From Eledone cirrhosa (Eukaryota): DNA of 64,000 nucleotides. Each line of letters starts with the position of its first letter. The first letter of the stretch is position 1. Shown here in pieces: positions 54,046 through 64,000 of this stretch. The position numbers and the translations under genes were made by a program. The stretch lies in NCBI GenBank assembly GCA_964016885.1, contig CAXHJY010000531.1, forward strand, positions 11,539 to 75,538. Reading direction: 5' to 3'. The notes beneath the pieces were generated by a model. The model was given only the letters and a program-made list of their open reading frames with translations. It had not been told where the DNA came from and did not search any database.

Positions 54046-55479
54046 TAAACAAGAATAATAAAAAAAGATTTTTAAAGAGGAAATATATGCAGAAGCTGTC
54101 AAAGTTGACCACCCAATATATATGTATTCTATAGAATTCAGTTTCTTTATTAATGTATCTAGTGAGAAACATCTTTCTTGGAAGAAAGAAGTAACCGTAT
54201 ATATATCATTCTACATACTATGCTCTATTGAACACAGCTTCTTACATACGTATATATACAGGTAGAGGAAATGTAATAGATTCATACACAAAGTTTAACT
54301 TCTTAGAGCTACATTTATATAAATGTAGGTTTTGTGTATCTAGATGTCTATATAATACAGTTTGTTACATACGTGTGCTTGTCTACAGATCAAGGTATTA
54401 ATATGTATAGTAAGAAACATATCTTTCTTTGAAGTAGGTTTGTGTGTAATATAAAGTAAGTATACACAGGTAGTATGTAGAGAACGTTTAATTTCTCTGA
54501 GCTACATTACATTTTCTTTCTGTATATATATATGTGTCTTATCTCTAGACATGTATAAGAATGTATTCTATAGAATACAGCTGCTTTATTTACACGCAAG
54601 TGTATATGATGGTGTTTATAAATGTAGCTTTGTCTCTCTCTAAATACTGTATCTAGCTTTTTTTAAAATTATATATAAGTATGCCTAGTGAGGAAGAATG
54701 TATATATCTATATATACAATATCTAGAGAATAGGTTTAAATATAGCTGTGTATGTAAGCGTTTAATTTATATAAATGTAGTAAAGCATAAACGAACTAAG
54801 GAAAAAATTAGAAATAAGAGGGATCAGATGTTGTTTACTAGAGAGAAGGCTACGTTGGTATGGTCACGTGATGCGCATGAAGGACGATAGCTGTATAACA
54901 AAGTGCAGGGCAATAAAGATAGACGGTAGCCACGGAATAGGCAGACCCAGAAAAACCTGGGACGAGCTGATAAACTCCGACCTCACCGAGACCTTTGGCG
55001 GTACTCAGTAATAGAGAAGACCCGCCTTACCTAAATACAAAGTAAAACCTACTACAGTCAGTAGGCATCTCTAACAAAATACACCCCCGTCCCACCACCC
55101 CCTTCTTTGTAAAGTTATGTTGGTGCCACACCATCCAGGCTGAAACAAATGAGATCGTGTAGGTGTCACGACAAAAAAACACACAGTCCACGCTGTAATG
55201 TGGCCGTGTAGGCAACACGGTAAAAACCTCCCAGACCCACACTGTAAATGTGGTTGGTGTTAGGAAGGGCATCCAACTGTAGAAAACCTGCCAGACAGTC
55301 CTATGCGAGCAAGACAATCACTCTTGCCTCAAGTGGGAAAACCCCCGTCCAAACCCATGCAAGCGTGGAACACGGACGTTAAACGTTGATGATGATGATG
55401 ATGATGATGATGATGTAGCTTCTTGTGGCTATATACTGTATTCTATAGTAAACAGAAATATGGATATATATATAATAAG

Positions 55480-55947
55480 GAAATGACAGGAGGCTGGATT
55501 TGTGTAAATCCTTGAAAGGTTTATTATACTATGATCATTTCAATGACCGGGTTCCGTATGAATCCGGTGACGACATCAGGTATTCGAAATATAATACGTG
55601 AATGTAATAGATAAAATCCATGGGGCTGAAAATCGGGTCCTCGATTTTCAGCTCCATGGATTTTATCTATTACATTCACGTATTATATTTCGAATAGCTG
55701 ATGATGTCACTGGATTAATACGGAACCCGGTCATTGAAATGATCATAGTATAATAAACCTTTCAAGGATTTACACAAATCCAGCCTCCTGTCATTTCATT
55801 ATAATATTTAACTCCGTAATAGCACCACCAACTACAAAAACAAAGACGGTTGAACTGCCTTACGTCGAGTACTCTCTATATTATTGCATTACGATTGACC
55901 ATACGGAATAGACCAGCTCTATACAGTGGTGAACCTCAAACCTGAAT
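55480..55947. mobile_element. Penelope-like remnant: palindrome 55480-55797 plus tail; tail also inverted at ~26343-26512
   Basis: ~157-bp inverted arms, hammerhead-like motif, TA flanks. Confidence 0.6.
55694..55751 (+). ncRNA. Hammerhead-like motif, partly degenerate
   Basis: CUGAUGA..GAAA-UGAUCA-UA^GUAU then AAUAAA; palindromic helix III; mismatch at base of helix I. Confidence 0.5.
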
Positions 55948-58900
55948 ATATATATATAGTTAGAGTGAAGAACATTTATAATATGAATGTATCTAGATAC
56001 TAGTAAGTTTCTTTCTGTATATGTATGTAAAGAAGGTTTAACTTAGAGCTACATTTATATAATTGTAGGTTTCTGTGTATCTAAATACAGTTTCCTCTTG
56101 TACACAGAATCTATGAAGTTTCTTTCTGTGAATGTTTTAGAAGATTAGTTTAATTGTATGTCTTAGAAGAGAGAATGTATATGATGAAGAACGTTTATAT
56201 ATAAATGTGTCTTCTTGTATGTAGAAACATATATTTGTGTGTATGTTACCAATGTATTAAAAATAAAACTTTACACGAAAGTCATATCCAGAATGATTTT
56301 GTCAAAGCGGAAGTAATTCAATACAGAGATAAGGGGAGATAACTCTAATCAATTTTTTTTTTAACAAATGTAGCTGTGTGTATATATAGAGAGAGAAGAC
56401 GTTTCTCCCTGTACAGTGAAGATAATAGAATGTGGCCATGTACATATATATATGAATATAGTGTCTAGAGAAGATGAGTTGAATTGTATGTCTTCGGAGG
56501 AAATGTATATGCTGAAGAAATGTTTAGAATGAATTTACGGCTATAGATAGATGTTTTTATTATGCATAGAAAGAATACATATAGCGAAGAGTGTTTATAC
56601 AAATGTATTTACGTTTCCGAATAAAAAAAACAAATATCTGTGTGTATGTTAGCATAGTATTAAAAATGAAACTTTAAATACATCTTTACCGAAGGTAAAA
56701 TCCAAAATGATATTCTTAAAGTACCAGCGTAAATAGAATGAAGAGAAATGACAACAAAGAAAGAAGAGTTCCACATACCGGAAGTAATTCACGACAAAAG
56801 GCAAATCAGGGGGAGATAACTCTTATCAAACATTTTAGCAGAAACTCATGCGCGGAATCAAGGTTTGTATAACCAATGCTAGCATGGAAAAATGGACATT
56901 AAACGGTAATGATATATATATATTATTATTGTTTAATTGGCAGAGGGTCGGATGCCATGCTTTCCAGCATAGTTACGTCCCTTAACGATCTGAGTTCAAA
57001 TCCCGCCGAGGTTGACTTTGCCTTTCATCCTTACGGGGTCAATAAAATAAAGTACCAGTAATGCACTGGGATAATTGCTGGCCTTTTGCCAATAGTAGAA
57101 ACAATTATTGTTTAATGTAGATATAACTGGAGCTATGCAGTTTTACGGAAGACTCGCCTTCTATTATTCTCAGGGTGAGGCTTATACCTAACAAGCAACA
57201 CCTTCCTCAACCTTCTATCTCCTCTCATTCAACTCCCTTAGCAGTAACCATACCCCTACTACACTGTCCACATTTTCCCCCAAGCTCCTCCACTCTCGTC
57301 CCAAGACAAAATGATTGATAACAGATGCTGAAGCTAGGTGGAATTCACAGGGGATGCAGTTATGGCACATCTTTCTGGACACTATTGATGGCTCTCATCC
57401 TACCAGGGCTCACAAAATAAGTACTAGCCAAGTCCTGGTCTTGTGTCTATGTAAGAAATTATTATTGATGGAAATAGCATCATTAAAAACGAAATTTAAG
57501 ATAGTAACATGATTATAAGAGGCAACGAATTGGCAGAACGTCAGATAGAATGCTTTGCGTTATTCGTTCCGGCTGTCTGTGTTCAAATCCTGCCATGGTC
57601 AACTCCACCTTTCATTCTTTCAAGGCCTTGAAAGAGATGGGCTCCGCCAGGTTTAAAAGATGCCCCTACCACTTGATCAGGTGTTACGGGATCATGCACA
57701 TCCGTGATTATAAGGTAAATGGAAAATGCAAATAAATAATTTATCATCATTTAATATCCATTTTTTTTCTTTCCCGTTACAACCTATAAACTTTTCAGCT
57801 GCCCCGCCCTCCTTCATATGTTGAAAAATGAACCTCACTTGGTCAGCCTATGAACTTTTCAGCCGATCATTATCTATACAACTTTTTGCTCGAATACCAC
57901 CACCACCACCACATACACACACTTATTATTTTTCAGATTCCCCCACCCACTCTTATTCGAAAATTACCAATTTTCCAACCCCCCACCCTCTACTCCACTT
58001 ATTACAATCCTCCCTATTATTTGGGACCTGAAAGTAACCACCTTTCATCTGTTGGTTTCTCCCACAGACTAATTGTTGACCTGAAGAAATGTGTTTATTA
58101 CCAGAAATGCCATGATCCAGATTAATTATCGTTCTGAAGGTATTTGAGTAATATACTGATTTATATCTGTGTGGATATATCATCATCATCACCGTTTAAC
58201 ATCCATTTTGATGAGTGTGTAGGTATATATAATGTATGCATGTATATATATATCGACAGTCGATCGACTTTCGTCAAATCGGACCAAGGAAACAATGTTT
58301 CCATTGGTCTTTCCAATTTCTAATACTATCTATTGGTTGCAATTCCAGGTAGAAGAAGCAACGTGAAATAAAGTGTCTTGCTCAAGGAAATAACGCATCA
58401 CCTGGTCCAGGAATAGAACTCACAACCTCATGATTGCGAATCCACGCCTTCATATATATATGTGTGTATATGTAAAAGGTAAACAGAAATAACAACACAG
58501 TTGGTTCATTAGATGGAAGGAATATATTAGGTTAACGCTTGAAATAACAGGAAGGTCTTAACATTTTGGATGTTAGACGATTGTTCCGCTGGACACCACC
58601 AGGTGGCGATAGCAGCCAGTGTTTTTGCATAGTTATATATTCCATAATTCTCAGTCTTTTGGTATTTGTTGTTCTGTTCGTGTTTCCATTCTAATTGCCA
58701 CGTTGTGTTTCTTCACCAAATTCACATACCTTGAAAACCATTCCGTGTGTATGCCAGTTTAGAATAGGTACACTGTATCCCTGCATGTCGTAAGAGGCGA
58801 CATCCTTAAGGACCCCTCCCCCTGTATGGCTAACCCGTGCGTTGATGGGGAAAGATTACTTTAAAAGGTTTGTTTCTTCTTATTCACAGCACCACTGTAT

Positions 58901-59399
58901 TGCTGCTTGATGGTGACCTGACCTCTAAATTTGATCTTGTTTAGGTCAACTGTGACCCAACCATTAAATTTGGTCTTCTTTAGTTCCTGTTTTATACCAC
59001 ATATCTCGAGGGTGTCAACAGTGACCTGACCTCTTTCAGGTGGTGTTGTATGTCTCATAGCTGGTGAATTGACAGAGTTGTTAGCGATCTTAGATTAACA
59101 ATGCTCCGGTATTTGTTCTGCCTCACTGCTCTCTGAGTTCAAATCCCACCGACGCCAACTTTGTCTTTCGTCCGAACAAGGTTGATAAAAAAAATACTAG
59201 TCATATACTGAGGTCAATGCATCATCTGTCTCTGGACGAAACTAACTGCAATCTGATCAAGAGAAGGATGGGCTCTGACAGGTTTAAAATGGCCAAGACA
59301 TGCCATGTGTCAGTACAGCACCCTCTACAACTCTATCAAGAGTTAAAGGCCCTTTACCCCAGCACTTCTAAGATAATTTAATGAAGTGCTTCTATGTTG

Positions 59400-60110
59400 C
59401 TGTTAGTCAGGTAGATGAAATCTTCCTCCAGTATAGTTGAGATATGCAAAAGTACCACTCATGCTGGATCAAATACTACAGCAACTTCGTGATCTTTCAG
59501 TTAGTGCATATGAACACTTAAGTATCTCCTGGTAACAACAAAGTTAAATTTCTCCCATATTACACAGGAATATATTCCATCTTTTAAGCAAAAATTATCT
59601 GAGCACATTTGGTTGTAAAATAGTTACAGCAAAATGCAGATCTATGTTGGAAGTTTGAAGGTAAAATTACCACAGATATGGTAATGGTATCTAACATTTT
59701 CCCCAAATAACAGAGAACCTGTTGCAAAATGTGAGTAATCACCAAACTGGTAGTTCTGTAATTCTTTCAGTTTCCTGGTCATGGAATTTTAGGAGCTGGC
59801 TTTTAAGGACTTATTTTACACTTATAAATACTGGACTTGAAGTGCCAAGACAAAGTCAGTCTCATTGAAGATCTTACCTTTTAGAGTTAAATGTATTGTT
59901 CTGTGAAGGAACACTCTTTTAACTAGGTTAAGTTTGTGGTTGCTTAGCAAATTCTAAGAATCCCAGTCTATAATTGTTTATTGCCCAAACACCTCCACAC
60001 ATTTCAGATGTTACCTGGGGGCTGCTCCCACATTCCAGTCTCCTAAAACAATGAGAACATCTTTCTATGGAACTATCTTCAAGATTTTCTCTAGGTCCTC
60101 ACAGAACTTA
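59400..60110 (-). mobile_element. Highly decayed LINE endonuclease region
   Basis: EDLEKILKIVP*KDVLIVLGDWN (APE GDxN motif); boundaries approximate. Confidence 0.55.
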
Positions 60111-61302
60111 ATCTCAGATAAGTTCTCTACCAGACTGAGAACTGAACAGTTCTCTCTCTCTGTTGCCATCCCATTCTTTCTCTACATTGAACACCCACCT
60201 TTCCTTAATTCCATGGCTGTTAGCAGCTTTACAAAGTTGGACTGAATGGATCTTAAAATGTGGAGCTATGTAACAAGACAATTTGCTCTATTTTCTACAT
60301 GGTGTTACATATTGGGAGTTTCAAGATGAGTCATGTGATGTTAAACTGCATATTATTTATTTTGATCTAAACCCTGCCAGGTCTTTTGCAAGGATTTCCC
60401 CCCGCCCTTTACATAAATCTGTTCTGTTCATCAAAATTCACAACAGTTCCTTAATGGGATGGATAACTTAACTAATGGTTCTGTAAGTTGAAATTCAGTT
60501 TCCTGGTTTTTAAGGTCATAGCCTATAAGTTCCTAGCTTTTATGGTCACCCTTTTTTAAATTACTAATTTTGCACTTGAATATTTGAAGTACACACAGCT
60601 GAGTAGTTAATCCTGCGATAGACCAGACTTTATATATATATACTAAATTTAGGTTTAATCAATACATATATCGATGATCTTAAGATTACCCAAATCGATA
60701 CTAATTATTATATATATCTATATACAGAACTGTCTAAGGGTATGTTACCACCTTGAAGTATATTTACCTACATATTGTTCTGAATATATGCACGGTCTTC
60801 TACTCTATGGAGCAGAAACGTGGCCCCTCACAAAGACGATTGATATCTTCGACAACAGAGCCCTGAGAACCATCTAAAACATCAGATGGGACCACCACGT
60901 TTCCAATAAAGTGACGCATCACAGCCTTACTCTCGTTCAACGCAGGTCGGTTCTACCCATGATGACCCCGGCTAGCAAGAATATATGTACAAAATACTCG
61001 AATATAAGGTGACCTTTCTCATGTCTAAGAAATGAGTAAAAATCCGAACCTTATTTACGTAGAATTTGAAGTTGGCGAAAATCGTCAAACTATTGACTCC
61101 CTATACATATTCCCTGGCTTCTATTCATGTATATCCCGTTATATATATGTACAAAATACTAGTAGTTCCTTAATGGCTATATATATAGAAACGGAAAGAA
61201 AGCGAGATAACACTCGGAGTATGTCGTGTTATCTCGCTTTCTTGCCGTTGTTTTTCTTTTTTAAAAAAGAAGGAAAATTTTAGCTATAAGTATGCCTATT
61301 CG

Positions 61303-61444
61303 ACTCAGTAGAATTGCGGCTTGTGCGTGGCGCTGCACGTAGCGTTCCTGGCTTCGGTGTCGTACCCCTGGTATGGCATGACCATTCTATGTGTCTGAAG
61401 TTCGAATCGTTGCGGGGTCGGCCGGGACTATTTGCAGGCTGGCC
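61303..61444 (+). other. Conserved GC-rich, putatively structured element, copy 2
   Basis: As copy 1. Confidence 0.45.
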
Positions 61445-64000
61445 TGCGTCCCCTTCGCATGAGTTTTTTTGCCCAAAAATTCGATGAGAGTTATCTTCCC
61501 TTGATTTGAATTATTTGTCCCTTGTTTACATTGAACTACTTCCGGTTTGTGGAACTCTTCTTCCTTTGTTGTCATTTCTTTTCAGTGTATTGAAGCGGTA
61601 ACATCATTCTATTTACTCTGGGACTATTAATGATACCGGTTTGGATTTTACGTTCGTGCAAAGAGGTATGTAAAGTTTTATTTGCCGTATATACACTCAC
61701 AGATATTATTGAGACACAAAAATACACTTAACTATCTTCTGAAAGAAATATACATACAATTCTTCTTGTAATGTTTTAGTTGCCGTGTCTTTTAGATTTA
61801 CTCTAAACACTTACAATTAAATTACTTATACAGCTACATTTATATATAAACACTCTTCACAGAACTAAACCTCCTTCCATTTTTCTACTTCTGAAGAACA
61901 AAACTAAACATGATCTATATATACATAACACGGCTACCTCTTCTAACTAAACATGATCGGTATATACACACAGCTACCTCTTCTAACATGTTACTTTACG
62001 AGACAACTAAACCTTCTCTCGATACATACTTGTAAGAAATATAACCAAGCTTCCTCTCTATACACATTTTATCTTCTGTATATAAACCTTGTACCTGAAT
62101 ACACACACAGATATTCTATATACAAGAAGACACCCTCCGAAGTAAATACATAAACACTTCAGGCATTATTTCTTTCCAGAATAGGGTCGGACGCCATGCT
62201 TTCCAGCATAGTTACGTCCCTTTACGATCTAAGTTCAAATCCCGCCGAGGTTGACTTTGCCTTTCATCCTTACGGGGTCGATAAAATAAAGTACCAGTAA
62301 TGCACTGGGTAATTGCTGGCCTTGTGCCTAAAGTAGAAACAATTATTTCTTTCCAGAATAAAACTTCTTGAGACATATTTATTTATGTATTAGCCGTAAA
62401 TTTATTGTGAACATTCACCATGTAGAGGAAGAAGCTTAGGGACATACGTACACATGCAGCCATATTCATACATAAACGGTCTTCCTTTAATAAACTAAAA
62501 CTTCTCTATAATTGTTTCTACTTTTGGCACAAGGCCAGCAATTACTGGTACTCTATTTTATCGACCCCGTAAGGATGAAAGGCAAAGACCGTAACTCTAT
62601 GCGTCCGACCCTCTACCGATCCATCGCCCTTTTAAAACTTCTCCATAATGGAAGAATTTTAGAGACGTACATGTATGTGATAAATATATACATTTTTACC
62701 TTTAAGAACTAAACTTCCCCCGACACAATCTTGTTCATACTGGAATAATAGACACCAAACAGTTATATTTTATTATCTTTTACATTTAACGAAGCATGGT
62801 AGCTCCATTCCTCTGCCGCGTATGTAGCTCTTATGGCTATCAAGACTCCTTACTACTACTTCTAGCATCCTCACCTGTTTGATAGCTACATCATTCATCT
62901 ATAAACCTTCTTCACTTGATACAAAACTAAACCTTTATATGTACACAACTAACTTATTCTATATTCCTAAGGAACAACACCAGACCTGGAGACTACTACA
63001 TCCCTACTTCAGGAAGAAAGGTAAATAGATCGAGAAATAAAACAATAAACCAGTCTTTTTCTTTGTTGCTTTATTATCTATATATATATATACACTTATT
63101 CCACTGTAGGAAGACAACTACCTTTTGTCACTATATACTAGTTTTATATTATATAAATTAATCCCCTCTATACAGAAGAAATGTCTTTGCCTAGAAACAA
63201 GCCATATCTAAAGCGACATTACGTGTGTCTTTTGATATTATACACATGTATATAGAAACCCGGAAGTGAACATCATACCCATATAAGATAAGTTGCGATC
63301 TGTACAGACACACCAATACCTTCTACACATACCCCTCTTAAGAAACTACTATTGTTCTTGTAGTTGTGTATAAGCTTCTCACACTAGAACGTATACATGC
63401 TTTCTAAGAAGCAAGAGAGCTAACAGTATCTACAGTAGTGTGTAAATAGAAGGGAACTGTATTCATGTATATTATGTCACACACAAAACTTACTTCATGT
63501 CTATAATATACCTTCTTCTCTATATTGGAAGAAGTACCTCCATTATATATAGACGCTGTGTTCAATAGAGTAGAGTATGTATACACAATTACCTCTTTCT
63601 TGAAAGAAAGATACATTGTTCTCTACTAATCTTCATATTGTAAATTTAGATCTGGGAAGTTACACTTTCCACAATAAAAAATAAAGGTTGATTTCTCTTA
63701 ATACTTTGTTCTGTAGACACTATATAAATGTAGCTCCAAGTTAAACCTTGCACTTCTTTCTATAGAATACATATTAATACCCTTATATCTCTAGACAGAT
63801 GTATACACAGAAGGAAATAAACTACTGTATTATATAAATTTAGCTAAGATGTTAATCTTTCTTCTCTAGACAGAGATAACTGTATGTATAGGATACTATT
63901 ACCTCTATAAAATGCAGTATCTAGTAAGAATACATACATATTAACACCTTTTTATTTTTAGGCATATGTATATATACTGAAAAGTAGGAGAGAGAGATAC

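Noticed and set aside
58770-58850. HDV-like ribozyme
   Set aside because: Minus strand GTCGCCTCTTACGAC..CTATTCT resembles an RTE-type 3' tail; I could not build the nested double pseudoknot.

Overview
Repeat-dense animal genomic DNA, most likely a coleoid cephalopod (octopus-type tRNA-derived SINEs, RTE LINEs, mariners, long (TA)n tracts); the taxon is inferred from repeat content. Three spliced genes were reconstructed by hand. (1) The 3' nine coding exons of cystathionine gamma-lyase (CTH, + strand, 448-14562). (2,3) A head-to-head pair of six-exon genes encoding unrecognised small secreted proteins: gene A (- strand, 29933-19328, 134 aa) and gene B (+ strand, 34671-43968, 130 aa). They share a 40-nt signal-peptide exon, four of five intron phases and an 11-cysteine two-domain framework despite low sequence identity; the ORF track does not assemble them. 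Several unrelated Penelope-like pseudo-LTR remnants sit in (TA)n tracts, often as long palindromes, and carry minimal type-I hammerhead ribozyme motifs; some look intact and lie in sense orientation in introns. The last 14 kb hold a diverged duplication containing a conserved GC-rich, apparently structured ~140-nt element, a hairpin and long AT-rich inverted arms. Most ORFs in the supplied track are microsatellite artefacts.
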